Assembly: GCA_963790995.1 (NCBI GenBank) | Contig: CAWBQQ010000001.1 | Span: 514,034 to 578,033 of the forward strand | DNA: 64,000 nt | Source: an uncultured Bacteroidota bacterium | GTDB taxonomy: Bacteria > Bacteroidota > Ignavibacteria > Kryptoniales > JAKASW01 | Direction of reading: 5' to 3' | The notes under the pieces: generated by a model | Database searches by the model: none | The model's input: the letters and a program-made list of their open reading frames with translations, nothing else | Told to the model about the DNA's origin: nothing | Program-made: the position numbers and the translations under genes | Part shown: positions 20,052-29,889 of the stretch, in pieces | How the letters are laid out: the number at the start of each line of letters is the position of its first letter | Numbering within the stretch: the stretch's first letter is position 1

Positions 20052-20825
20052 TTATTTCAAATTGAGAGTTATCTTCTGCCCGATCTTCGACTTCAAAAAT
20101 TTTGAAGCATTGCCAAGGTTGACGGCAATTTCAATTAGTCCGCTGCTCCCATTAATACAGACAGGACCTTTTGTCTTTGCTTGAGAATAAGATTTATAGA
20201 ATTGTGCAATGACCTTCGAGTTGATCCTGAGACTTGCGTCTCCCCTGAGCAGTGAGTCATCCCATAGAAGACTTGTGTAAATATTCCCAAAATGGTCATG
20301 GTACACGATCTCACCGACGTTTTTACCATCGACAATCTTCCTGCAAAACGAACTCACGTGCGGATAATTGAACCTGTCGCCGAGTTCATTCAGTTTTGTG
20401 CCCCTTGACAAATACGCCGCCACTGGAGCAAATATGTCTCGCCCGTGGAAGGTTGTGCTGGCTCGTGAAAGGAAGAATTTTTCATTTGTCACCTCGTAAA
20501 ATTCGGTTCCGGCCGCTTCCGCAGCTACATAATCCAGCAACCCATTATCAGGGGCAAGAAAAATCCGATCCTCGATTCTCCCGCAGATTATTTTTCGTCC
20601 GCTCCCGACTCCCGGATCGACGACGTTTACAAAAATGGAATCTTCAGGGAAAAATCTTCGTGAAGCCCACAAAACAAAGGCGGCTTGTCGGACATTTTGC
20701 GGCTCTATCTCATGCGTGAGGTCGACAACCTTCAAAAGAGGATTTATCTGCGAGATAACGCCCTTCATCGTTCCGACAAAATAATCTCCTGCCCCAAAAT
20801 CGGTGAGAAGAATGACAAGAGACAT
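20052..20825 (-). CDS. SAM hydrolase / SAM-dependent halogenase family protein (DUF62)
   Basis: LVILLTDFGAGDYFVGTMKGVI N-terminus. The start ATG overlaps the upstream stop (TAATG). Confidence 0.85.
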   Translation of the reverse strand: MSLVILLTDFGAGDYFVGTMKGVISQINPLLKVVDLTHEIEPQNVRQAAFVLWASRRFFPEDSIFVNVVDPGVGSGRKIICGRIEDRIFLAPDNGLLDYVAAEAAGTEFYEVTNEKFFLSRASTTFHGRDIFAPVAAYLSRGTKLNELGDRFNYPHVSSFCRKIVDGKNVGEIVYHDHFGNIYTSLLWDDSLLRGDASLRINSKVIAQFYKSYSQAKTKGPVCINGSSGLIEIAVNLGNASKFLKSKIGQKITLNLK

Positions 20826-21826
20826 TACACCTTCACGGCATTTTCTCGTTTCGCCGACGCATAAGATACATCGACTATCTTCATAACATGGCACATCTGC
20901 GCAATTGTGGGCACGTCAGATTTGACCCCGGCCAACGATTTAATAAAGTTGGTGAGTTCAGCCTCGTAGCTTCTCTTAAAAATATTCTCAAATTTCGAAT
21001 TATGTACCGGCGTCAGGCTTTCAAGCTCATCTTTCACGCGATGATGAAGAACCAACGGACTCAACGTTGCGGTCCCGTTTGTTCCGTAAATCTCAAAGTG
21101 GAAGCTTTCGTCGGGTTGTTGGAGCCCCCAGCTCGCGTCTAATCGAATCATGGCTCCACCATGTGTTCTCATCGTGACAAGTGCGGTGTCCTCAATTTTC
21201 TTGAACCTGCGGCTGAAAAATGCTGCGTTAACCGCGCTCACAACAGGAAAATTCAGAAGCCACAAAGCAAGATCAACCAGGACGATCCCGAGATCGAGCA
21301 TGACGCCGCGCCTTGTCTGCGACCTTGAAGCCACGTGCATTTTTGTGCTCGGCTCTCTCTTGTGCCATGCTGCGTTGATGTAAAAAACTTCGCCGAGCTG
21401 CCCATCGCTTAGATAACTTTTAAGCATCATAAAGTCGCTCCTGAAGCGGTTGTTCATTGCCACCAACACGACCTTTCCCTTTTCACTAGCGATTTTAGAA
21501 AGAGTTTCGCATTGATTGTGATTGACCGTCGGCGATTTCTCCACCAACACGTTTTTCCCCGCATTCAAAGCGGCTAGCGCGATCTCGAAGTGGGTGTCTG
21601 TAGAAGTACAGATATCTACCGCATCTATCTCGGGGTCATTCAGCAGGTCTTCATACGCTGGGTATAACTTCTGGATGCCGTGCTGCTTGCCGAGAATCTG
21701 CAGCCGCTGTTTGTCCAACTCAGAGAGCGCGGTGACTTTCACGCCGGCCATTTTGTTCAATAACGGTAGATGAATAACCTGCGCAATTGCTCCCGCGCCT
21801 ATAACCCCTAATCTGATCTCTGACAC
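20825..21826 (-). CDS. Gfo/Idh/MocA family oxidoreductase
   Basis: IRLGVIGAGAIAQVIHLP Rossmann N-terminus and EKSP motif. Confidence 0.88.
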   Translation of the reverse strand: MSEIRLGVIGAGAIAQVIHLPLLNKMAGVKVTALSELDKQRLQILGKQHGIQKLYPAYEDLLNDPEIDAVDICTSTDTHFEIALAALNAGKNVLVEKSPTVNHNQCETLSKIASEKGKVVLVAMNNRFRSDFMMLKSYLSDGQLGEVFYINAAWHKREPSTKMHVASRSQTRRGVMLDLGIVLVDLALWLLNFPVVSAVNAAFFSRRFKKIEDTALVTMRTHGGAMIRLDASWGLQQPDESFHFEIYGTNGTATLSPLVLHHRVKDELESLTPVHNSKFENIFKRSYEAELTNFIKSLAGVKSDVPTIAQMCHVMKIVDVSYASAKRENAVKV

Positions 21827-21828
21827 AG

Positions 21829-23742
21829 TTATTTGCTCACCGATATTGTTTCCTTCGATGAAGCCCTTTCAATTTTGAGAAAATTTACGACCTTCCCGGC
21901 AATTCCCTCCGGATGCAGCCCGACGAGCTCATATAGCTGCTGCGGTGTTCCATGTTCCACAAAGGCGTCGGGCAAACCGAGATTAAGAACACGACGCGGC
22001 TTCCCGATTTCTTGCAGGCATTCCAAAACCGCACTGCCGAAACCGCCTTTCAATGTGTTGTCTTCGACGGTTACGATGTGATCAAACTTTTCCGCGACCT
22101 CTTCCATAAGCTCCGCATCAACCGGCTTGACGAAGCGCATGTTGACGACTTCAGCGTCTATCCCCTCTTTATCTAAAATCTCCACTGCTTTCATTGCATG
22201 CTGCACCATTATACCGACGGCTAAGATCGCAACGTCTCTCCCGCTCCTTAAGCGTTCTCCCCTGCCGATCGGTATATTCTGCATCTCTTTTTTCGGGAGG
22301 CCGAGAGCATTGCCGCGAGGATAGCGTATTGCGACCGGTCCGTCTTTATAATTCACGGCGGTCAGCAGCATATCGCGCAGCTCACCCTCATCTTTTGGAG
22401 CCATGACGACCATTCCGGGAACAAGGCGCAGATAGGTCAGGTCAAATGCTCCATGGTGGGTCGGACCATCTGCGCCCACCAGTCCCCCGCGGTCAAGCAC
22501 GAACACGACGTGGAGATGCTGAAGCGCGACGTCGTGGATTATTTGATCTAATGCGCGCTGCAAAAAGGTCGAATATATCGCGGCTACAGGGATATAACCC
22601 TCCGTTGCCATACCGGCGCAAAACGTCACGGCATGCTGTTCGGCGATGCCGACATCAAAAACCCTTTCGGGAAGTTCCTTCTGAAGAACATTCAAGCCGG
22701 TTCCGTCCGGCATTGCCGCGGTCACACCTACAACTTTGCCATTCTTCTTCGCAATCTCAACAAGCGCCTCGCCGAATACTTTCGTGAGTGCCGGTGGACC
22801 ATCTTTTTTAAACTGTGTCCCGGTAACCTTATCGAACGCCACCACTGCATGAAGCTTCTGCCTGTCCTCTTCGGCGGGCAAATATCCTTTCCCCTTTTCC
22901 GTAGTTACATGCACCAAGAGCGGCCCTTTTAAATCCTTCACTTCGCGGAAGGTCCTGATAAGCTGAACTACGTTATGACCGTTGAACGGCCCGAAGTATC
23001 TAAAGCCGAGAGCTTCGAAGAGCATGCCCGGAGTCACAACTGCCTTCATCCCGGTTTCCAGCCTGCCGGCAACTCTCCTCATCCTATCACCCACGGAATC
23101 CAACCTGCCTGCAATTTCCCAGACGTTGCTTTTAAATTTGTTATAGGCTCCCGTGGCGGCGATGCTGCTGAAATAATTCGATATTGCCCAAACATTCGGA
23201 GCGATCGACATCCGGTTGTCGTTTAACACGACTATAAGATTTTTTTTCAGGAGCCCCGCGTTGTTCATGGCCTCGTACGCCATACCTCCGGTCATTGCCC
23301 CGTCTCCGATAACTGCGATGACCTTGAATTTCTCTTTCATGAAGTCACGAGCCGTAGCAACTCCGAGCGCGGCTGAGACTGAAGTGCTCGCATGTCCCGC
23401 TCCGAAAACGTCATAAGGACTTTCCGAACGTTTCAGGAATCCGCTTATACCATGGTACTGTCTAATCGTCTGAAAATTATCTCTCCTGCCGGTGATAATT
23501 TTGTGAATGTATCCCTGGTGTCCCACATCCCACACAAGTTTATCCTCAGGCGTGTTGAATACATAATGCAGTGCCAGCGTCAATTCCACAGAGCCGAGAC
23601 TCGAGCCCAGATGACCGCCAACCTTCGAGATCGTATCTATGAGGAACTCGCGAATTTCCTGTCCGAGAACTTTTAGCTCACTCACGCTTAACTTGCGAAT
23701 ATCCGAGGGAGAATTTATAGAATAAAGATATTTATACTCCAT
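21829..23742 (-). CDS. dxs: 1-deoxy-D-xylulose-5-phosphate synthase
   Basis: 637 aa with GGHLGSSLG, VIGDGAMTGGMAYEA and a transketolase-like C-terminus. Confidence 0.95.
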   Translation of the reverse strand: MEYKYLYSINSPSDIRKLSVSELKVLGQEIREFLIDTISKVGGHLGSSLGSVELTLALHYVFNTPEDKLVWDVGHQGYIHKIITGRRDNFQTIRQYHGISGFLKRSESPYDVFGAGHASTSVSAALGVATARDFMKEKFKVIAVIGDGAMTGGMAYEAMNNAGLLKKNLIVVLNDNRMSIAPNVWAISNYFSSIAATGAYNKFKSNVWEIAGRLDSVGDRMRRVAGRLETGMKAVVTPGMLFEALGFRYFGPFNGHNVVQLIRTFREVKDLKGPLLVHVTTEKGKGYLPAEEDRQKLHAVVAFDKVTGTQFKKDGPPALTKVFGEALVEIAKKNGKVVGVTAAMPDGTGLNVLQKELPERVFDVGIAEQHAVTFCAGMATEGYIPVAAIYSTFLQRALDQIIHDVALQHLHVVFVLDRGGLVGADGPTHHGAFDLTYLRLVPGMVVMAPKDEGELRDMLLTAVNYKDGPVAIRYPRGNALGLPKKEMQNIPIGRGERLRSGRDVAILAVGIMVQHAMKAVEILDKEGIDAEVVNMRFVKPVDAELMEEVAEKFDHIVTVEDNTLKGGFGSAVLECLQEIGKPRRVLNLGLPDAFVEHGTPQQLYELVGLHPEGIAGKVVNFLKIERASSKETISVSK

Positions 23743-23753
23743 TTACATTCTGC

Positions 23754-24041
23754 TCATAATTCAAGATCTGTCTCCTCCAGCGCGCCGCCGGAATTCTTTT
23801 GAATTTTCTTTAACTTCAATTTAGCTTCATTCAACTGCGTCATGCAAGACTTTGCAAGCGTCATCCCTTCTTCGTAGAGCTTGATAGAGCCATCCAACGG
23901 AGAGTTCCCAGCTTCAAGAGTTTCGACAATCTCTTCAAGCCTTCTTAATGCTTCCTCAAATTGGGGCAAGGCGCCTGCTTCGCTTTTACCGGATTTATTG
24001 TTCCCAGCGAGCGGGTTCTTCGATTTGCTCATGTTTCCCAA
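23754..24041 (-). CDS. xseB: Exodeoxyribonuclease VII small subunit
   Basis: FEEALRRLEEIVETLEAGNSPLDGSIKLYEEG. Overlaps the xseA 3' end; an alternative ATG lies at 24032. Confidence 0.85.
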   Translation of the reverse strand: MGNMSKSKNPLAGNNKSGKSEAGALPQFEEALRRLEEIVETLEAGNSPLDGSIKLYEEGMTLAKSCMTQLNEAKLKLKKIQKNSGGALEETDLEL

Positions 24042-25260
24042 TTATATTTGAATCGAGTGTTCCATCATGTAAATGTATTATTGCAGTTTCTCCGACTTGA
24101 ATTTTGGTGACCGACCCTACAAAACCGCGCGAACTTTCGATGAAGGCATAGCCGCGTCTCAGCACTCCACGCGGACTCAGAGCGTTCAAATGCGAAGCTA
24201 CGGACGACAGCCTCTGCGATTTTGTTTCAAAAAAATGCGCCATCTCATTTTGCGCCCTCCTTGTCAGGTCATCGACAAACTGCAACTTCTGCTCAACAAG
24301 TGAAGCCGGCTGCTGAAGCGCATAATGATTTGTCAAAGTATCAAGTTTCAACTTCAGTTCATTCAACCCTTGTTCGACAGATTTTGTCATTTCCCGAAAT
24401 AATCCCCGCACCGTATCAAGAATTTCAAGCTTATCCGGCACGACCAACTCTGCTGCAGCGCTCGGTGTTGCGGCGCGAACATCTGCAACAAAGTCCGCAA
24501 TCGTAAAATCCACTTGATGACCGACGGCACTGATAACTGGGATTTTACTTTCGTAAATAGCGCGTGCCACGATCTCTTCGTTAAAAGCCCAGAGATCTTC
24601 CAAGCTTCCGCCTCCTCTTCCGACAATCATAACATCGATGTTAGGCACTTTATTGAAACCTTTTATCGCCTCTGCTATCTCTTCTGCGGCCCCGTCTCCC
24701 TGAACTTTGACCGGATAAATGATAAGCTCCACAGCCGGGAATCTTCTATTTATGATACTGATGATGTCACGAACAGCGGCGCCTTCTAGAGAAGTAACCG
24801 CGCCAATCCTTTTTGGAAATTCGGGGAGCGGCTTCTTATGCTCTTCGCTAAAAAGTCCTTCATCATCCAATTTCTTTTTCAATTGTTCAAACGCAAGCTG
24901 CAGCGATCCTTCTCCCACGGGCAAAATATTTGCCGCATACAACTGAAAATCTCCGCGCGGCTCATAGATGGAAATTTTTCCCTTTACAAGGACATTCATC
25001 CCATCGCTGATATTGAATCGAACCCGCGCCGCATCGGATCGCCACATTACAACGCGAACCTGTGCCTGGTCGTCCTTCAGCGTGAAATAGAGATGACCCG
25101 ACGGCATATGTCTCTTGAAATTAGAAATCTCCCCCTCGACCACCACTGCCGGAAAATTTCGCTCGAGAGCCCCTTTCACAAGCCGCAACAGATCTTTTAC
25201 CTTAAGAGTGTTTTCTTCCGATGATGCCGGTTGCGCTTCATCTAACAATTCATAGCTCAT
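23995..25260 (-). CDS. xseA: Exodeoxyribonuclease VII large subunit
   Basis: OB-fold N-terminus (VVVEGEISNFKRHMPSGHLYFTLKD) and catalytic core (IGAVTS...VGRGGGSLEDLW). Confidence 0.92.
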   Translation of the reverse strand: MSYELLDEAQPASSEENTLKVKDLLRLVKGALERNFPAVVVEGEISNFKRHMPSGHLYFTLKDDQAQVRVVMWRSDAARVRFNISDGMNVLVKGKISIYEPRGDFQLYAANILPVGEGSLQLAFEQLKKKLDDEGLFSEEHKKPLPEFPKRIGAVTSLEGAAVRDIISIINRRFPAVELIIYPVKVQGDGAAEEIAEAIKGFNKVPNIDVMIVGRGGGSLEDLWAFNEEIVARAIYESKIPVISAVGHQVDFTIADFVADVRAATPSAAAELVVPDKLEILDTVRGLFREMTKSVEQGLNELKLKLDTLTNHYALQQPASLVEQKLQFVDDLTRRAQNEMAHFFETKSQRLSSVASHLNALSPRGVLRRGYAFIESSRGFVGSVTKIQVGETAIIHLHDGTLDSNIIGKHEQIEEPARWEQ

Positions 25261-25505
25261 AGCCGAGTACCACTAACCTCTTGCGGTCAACTTATGCAGG
25301 TATGCCGTTCGCCGGCATCTGAATTATTGAACCTATAACTTCAGTTAGCGGGATAATTGGACCTCCTCACTTTTGGGAATTATAAACATTCTGAATATCA
25401 AGTAAAAGGCATTTCCGCCGGAGATTGACACGCCTTTAGCTCAGGCAAAGAATAGGTCTTTATTCAAATTGAAACTTAGGAATCATTGACGTTATATTAC
25501 CTCGC

Positions 25506-26507
25506 ATGTTGCGAAAATTAAGACTGAATTCCCCCGAGCCAATCCGACGGATCATTGTCTCACGAACCGACCATATCGGCGATGTCGTTCTTTCGCTCCC
25601 GGTTTTTGCCTCCCTGAAAAAGTGTTTGCCGGAATCCGAAATCATGGCATTCGTAAGCGATTACACTGCCGATGTGGCTCGTTCTTCGCCGTACGTCAAC
25701 GACGTAATTACCTACAAGGCAGGTGACTCGATAATATCGACGATGATGAGATTCAAGATTTTCCAGCCCGACGCGATACTATTCCTTTTTCCGCGATTCC
25801 GGCTTTCAGCCGCAGCCTTCCTCGCGGGTATTCCGATAAGAGTCGGCACCAATCACCGGTGGTATTCATTCCTCTTCAACAAGAAGGTCAGCGAGCACAG
25901 GAAATACTCCGTAAAGAACGAAGCTGAATATAATACCGCGCTCGCCGAAGTTTTAGGGTGTAAAGAAAAATCTTTCGACATTACTTTAAAATTAGATGTC
26001 GCTGCCCTCGATCATGTAAAAAATTTCCTCCGTGAGAACAATCTGAATAAATTTATAGTGGTACACCCCGGCAGCAGCGGCTCGGCTTTCGATTGGAGCG
26101 CCGACAGATTTCGGGACTTAGTAACGCGCCTTCCTGACAATTTGCAGACAAAGGTTCTTGTGAGCGGCACCGTTGAGGAACATTCACTTTGCGAGAGCAT
26201 ATCAAAAGGGATCCCGGGAGTGATCAACACGGCAGGAAAATTCTCTTTGCTCGAATTCATCGCTCTTCTTTCGGAAGCAGAAGCATTCATTTCAAGCTCA
26301 ACCGGCCCTATTCATCTTGCCGCAGCAGTTGGGACACCCGTGATCGGGATTTATCCGAACAAAAGACCGATGACTCCTGTAAGGTGGGCGCCGCTCACCG
26401 ATAAAAAGATAATCTTGACACCCAAAGACGGCTCCGATAATTTGACCTTAATAACGGTTGATGAAGTGCTTCGATCGGCGCGCGAGCTCATGCCGGTAAA
26501 TTCATAA
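25506..26507 (+). CDS. Glycosyltransferase family 9 (LPS heptosyltransferase-like)
   Basis: RRIIVSRTDHIGDVVLSLPVF ... FISSSTGPIHLAAAVGTPVIGIY. Confidence 0.85.
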   Translation: MLRKLRLNSPEPIRRIIVSRTDHIGDVVLSLPVFASLKKCLPESEIMAFVSDYTADVARSSPYVNDVITYKAGDSIISTMMRFKIFQPDAILFLFPRFRLSAAAFLAGIPIRVGTNHRWYSFLFNKKVSEHRKYSVKNEAEYNTALAEVLGCKEKSFDITLKLDVAALDHVKNFLRENNLNKFIVVHPGSSGSAFDWSADRFRDLVTRLPDNLQTKVLVSGTVEEHSLCESISKGIPGVINTAGKFSLLEFIALLSEAEAFISSSTGPIHLAAAVGTPVIGIYPNKRPMTPVRWAPLTDKKIILTPKDGSDNLTLITVDEVLRSARELMPVNS

Positions 26508-27298
26508 TGAAGCTTCAGGCGTTTCTTCCGTTATTCATTCTCGTTATTTTCGTCTTTCAGCCGACGGCTATCAGCCGAGATAACGACTTGCGCATTCTTA
26601 ACAACCCTGCTTTTACTGCCGGCGAGAATCTCAGCTATGATATTTATTATGGACCGATTGTGGCCGGAAGTGCAACCATCGCCGTCCCATCATACATATA
26701 TTACGGCGACCGGAAATGCTACAAGGTTGAATTCTCAATGCGTTCCGCAAAATTTTTCGATATATTCTTCAAAGTCAGGGATTATTATTGCTCCTTGGTG
26801 GACGCCCGCGGGCTTTTCCCCTGGAAATTTGAGCAGCACACTAGAGAAGGCGCGTACAAAAAAGACTTTACCGCATGGTTCGATCAGATAAACCATACAG
26901 CCAAAACAAGTGAGGGCGGCCCTTATGCGATTCAACCTTACACACAGGATATTGTCAGCACTTTTTTCTATGCAAGAACGCTCGACTATGATAAATTTAA
27001 AATCGGACAGGAAATTCACTTCTCTAATTTTTATGAGAGTAAGGTTTATCCTTTGGATGTGAAGTATCTCGGACGGGAAGACGTGAAAACAAAAGCAGGT
27101 AAATTCCATTGCCAAATAATTGAGCCGATCATCGTAAAGGGTGGATTATTCAGAAACACGGGCAAGATCGTCGTATGGATAACCGACGATTCATTAAAAG
27201 TCCCGGTGAAAGTGCAGACTCAAGTCGTGATCGGTTCAGTTGTAGCGGAGCTTTCAAAATACAGCGGTTTGGCGGGAACGCTCACGGCGAAATATTAG
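26507..27298 (+). CDS. DUF3108-like secreted protein
   Basis: Signal peptide and the GENLSYDIYYGPIVAGSATI pattern. The assignment is from memory of the family. Confidence 0.6.
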   Translation: MKLQAFLPLFILVIFVFQPTAISRDNDLRILNNPAFTAGENLSYDIYYGPIVAGSATIAVPSYIYYGDRKCYKVEFSMRSAKFFDIFFKVRDYYCSLVDARGLFPWKFEQHTREGAYKKDFTAWFDQINHTAKTSEGGPYAIQPYTQDIVSTFFYARTLDYDKFKIGQEIHFSNFYESKVYPLDVKYLGREDVKTKAGKFHCQIIEPIIVKGGLFRNTGKIVVWITDDSLKVPVKVQTQVVIGSVVAELSKYSGLAGTLTAKY

Positions 27299-27433
27299 AT
27301 GCTTAGAATTGATGTTTGTGCAATAGAAGCAAAAATGTCATATAACCAGACGGAAAGCAAAAGACACGATAATAAATCGATCATCGATGCGAAGTCTGCG
27401 TCTCAAATAGCTGTGCCGCGATAGGAGCTAAAT

Positions 27434-28417
27434 ATGCCGGAAGAACAAGACACACGACCTGACGATTCTTCGAAGGATACGCCGCGCAGGTCAACTTCTA
27501 CGAACGGAACGTTTGACGGGCCGCAAAATAAGCAGCCGACGAGATTCAAACCCGTTTCGTTTGCATTGGTCTCGCTCTTAATAATCTTTTTCTTGTACCA
27601 GTTTGTTGCAGGTGGAATCACCGTTTTGTTGTTCGGCGCTGTTCCTGCGTCCAATCAGACTTCCGTCTTCAGGCTTGCGATGATGTTTGCAGAAATCTTA
27701 TTCATTCTGCTGCCCACTATCTTACTCGCAAAAATTCAGGTGAAAGAATGGAAGGAGCTTCTGCATATCCGGAGGACAGATTTGTTTTATATTATCCTTG
27801 CGGTAATCGGCGTCGTCTCTTTGCAACAGCTTCTTGAAATCTATCTATACATCCAGGGGCTTATTCCCCTTCCGCCGCAGCTGAGGCAAATCATGGAACA
27901 GCTGCAGAAAGCGATCGAGGAAACATATAAGGTTTTGATCACCGCGCATTCATCATCAGAATTCCTTCTTGTCGTGCTGGTCGTTGCAGTAACGCCGGCG
28001 ATATGCGAGGAGGCTTTATTCCGGGGACTCGTGCATGGGAACTTCGAGATCCGTATGTCGAAAACGCAGGCAATAATATTTACCGGCATAATTTTCGGAG
28101 TGTACCATCTCGACCCCTTTACTCTTGTTCCACTTTGTATCCTCGGCATTTATTTGACTTACCTCGTATCCCTTACGCAAAGCATTTTCGTCCCTGTGGC
28201 GGCGCACTTCACGAACAATTTGGTCTCCACATTGGTCTATTATGGATTAGGAAAAGATAGCATGCTCACTCCGTCCGACAACGCGAAGTTAAGCCTCGGA
28301 TACATAGCCGGGTGGTCGATCGCGTTTGCCATAATCTTCCTTGCGACCATTAAACTCATGACCGAATACCACCGCCGATTGTCTAAAAGACCCGAGCAGG
28401 AGATAAAACAGGCGTGA
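27434..28417 (+). CDS. CPBP family intramembrane glutamic endopeptidase
   Basis: Polytopic protein with EEALFRG and FGVYHL / AHFTNN motifs. Confidence 0.8.
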   Translation: MPEEQDTRPDDSSKDTPRRSTSTNGTFDGPQNKQPTRFKPVSFALVSLLIIFFLYQFVAGGITVLLFGAVPASNQTSVFRLAMMFAEILFILLPTILLAKIQVKEWKELLHIRRTDLFYIILAVIGVVSLQQLLEIYLYIQGLIPLPPQLRQIMEQLQKAIEETYKVLITAHSSSEFLLVVLVVAVTPAICEEALFRGLVHGNFEIRMSKTQAIIFTGIIFGVYHLDPFTLVPLCILGIYLTYLVSLTQSIFVPVAAHFTNNLVSTLVYYGLGKDSMLTPSDNAKLSLGYIAGWSIAFAIIFLATIKLMTEYHRRLSKRPEQEIKQA

Positions 28418-28912
28418 GCGAAAACGACATATCGTCACCCGGAATCTGCAGCAACTGCGGAGAGGCGCTCGATACTGAGACTTTTCTCTATTGCCCGGCA
28501 TGTGGTGCCCTAAATCTAAAAAAGGCAAATGAAGAAGGGACAGTCTGCGATCTTCACATTGAAAATCGCGCAATCGGATTCTGTGCCGTCTGCGGGAAAG
28601 CGGTTTGCGAAGAATGTGCGGAGAATTCCGGTAAGAAGATTCTCTGCAGTGATCCGACTCATAGAGAATATCTGGATGCATGGACGATCGTACACAGATT
28701 CGATTTTGAGTACGAGGCGGCGATGCTTTACGCAAATCTCGAGGCAGAAAGAAATCGAGACACAAGTTTTTACGAAATTAAATCCCGACACGACTGATGC
28801 CGTCCAGCGGCCGAGTATCGTCGAAGTATGGGTGCCGTTTAAAGATGATAACGCAGCCGCGGAAATTCTAAAACTATTGGGGCTTGACGAAGAAGAGGAG
28901 AATGAAACCTAA
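28414..28912 (+). pseudogene. Zinc-ribbon/B-box plus DUF2007-like protein, frame broken near 28746-28756
   Basis: ORF 28414-28797 (CSNCG...CPACG...CAVCGKAVCEEC...AMLYANLEAE) continues in the +1 frame as IETQVFTKL...VEVWVPFKDDNAAAEILKLLGL (tail of ORF 28529-28912). Confidence 0.65.
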
Positions 28913-29748
28913 TGTCAAATCTTACCATCCGGATCCTTGTTGCAGTCGTTGCGATTCCGCTGATTGCAGGTGCCTGCTATTTTGGCGGACCATATTTTTT
29001 CCTTTTCACGACCGCAGTAATAGTAATATCCACTAATGAATTCTATTTGCTCGCTAAGACAAAAAACATCGAAGCTTCCGCATATCTCGGAATTACTCTC
29101 TCGGGAGTTCTTAATGCAATTGTGTATTCATCCGGCCTGAACAACGCTTTCGATTTCTTGGTAGTGATAATAGCTTTTGTATTGTTATCTGAATTATCCA
29201 GGAAGAGGACTGACAAAGTGAGCAGCGTCTTCGAGAACGTCGGCACAACACTGACGGGAATCGTTTACATCGGGCTCTTCGGAGCAATACTGACCGCGAT
29301 CAGACAGCGCCTCGGACTCGGACGAGTTTTTCCCGATGGTAAAGATGCAGGAGTTTTCTTAATAGCTGTTCTCGCCTCCATCTGGATTTGCGACTCTGCC
29401 GCCTATTTCGTCGGGAAAGCGATCGGTAGGCACAAGATGAGCAAATTCGTCAGCCCGAATAAAAGCTGGGAAGGCGCTTTTGCCGGATTTGTTTTTGCAA
29501 TAGCGACTTCGGCTGCGGCAAAGTATTTAGTCTTGCCCGAACTCAGCCTGAGACTCATGCTTGGAACAGGAGCCATCATCGGTATATTCGGACAGGCCGG
29601 CGATTTCGTCGAATCACTTTTCAAAAGGGACGCAGGTGCAAAAGATTCCTCCAGCTTAATACCAGGCCATGGTGGTGTGCTTGATAGATTCGACAGTCTC
29701 TTATTCTCAGCGCCGTTTATTTATCTGCTGCTGAGACATTTTCATTAG
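28912..29748 (+). CDS. cdsA: Phosphatidate cytidylyltransferase
   Basis: SLFKRDAGAKDSSSLIPGHGGVLDRFDS signature. Confidence 0.92.
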   Translation: MSNLTIRILVAVVAIPLIAGACYFGGPYFFLFTTAVIVISTNEFYLLAKTKNIEASAYLGITLSGVLNAIVYSSGLNNAFDFLVVIIAFVLLSELSRKRTDKVSSVFENVGTTLTGIVYIGLFGAILTAIRQRLGLGRVFPDGKDAGVFLIAVLASIWICDSAAYFVGKAIGRHKMSKFVSPNKSWEGAFAGFVFAIATSAAAKYLVLPELSLRLMLGTGAIIGIFGQAGDFVESLFKRDAGAKDSSSLIPGHGGVLDRFDSLLFSAPFIYLLLRHFH

Positions 29749-29889
29749 AGGCAAAAGCAGTACTTATCCGAGATGCATTCATCATAGTGTGCTTAAGGCG
29801 CACAATAAACTTCCATAATAAAACCTCTCCCAGCGGCGCCATCGGTACACAGAGGTAAAATTTTCTATTCGAGTACCCGAATATTTCTT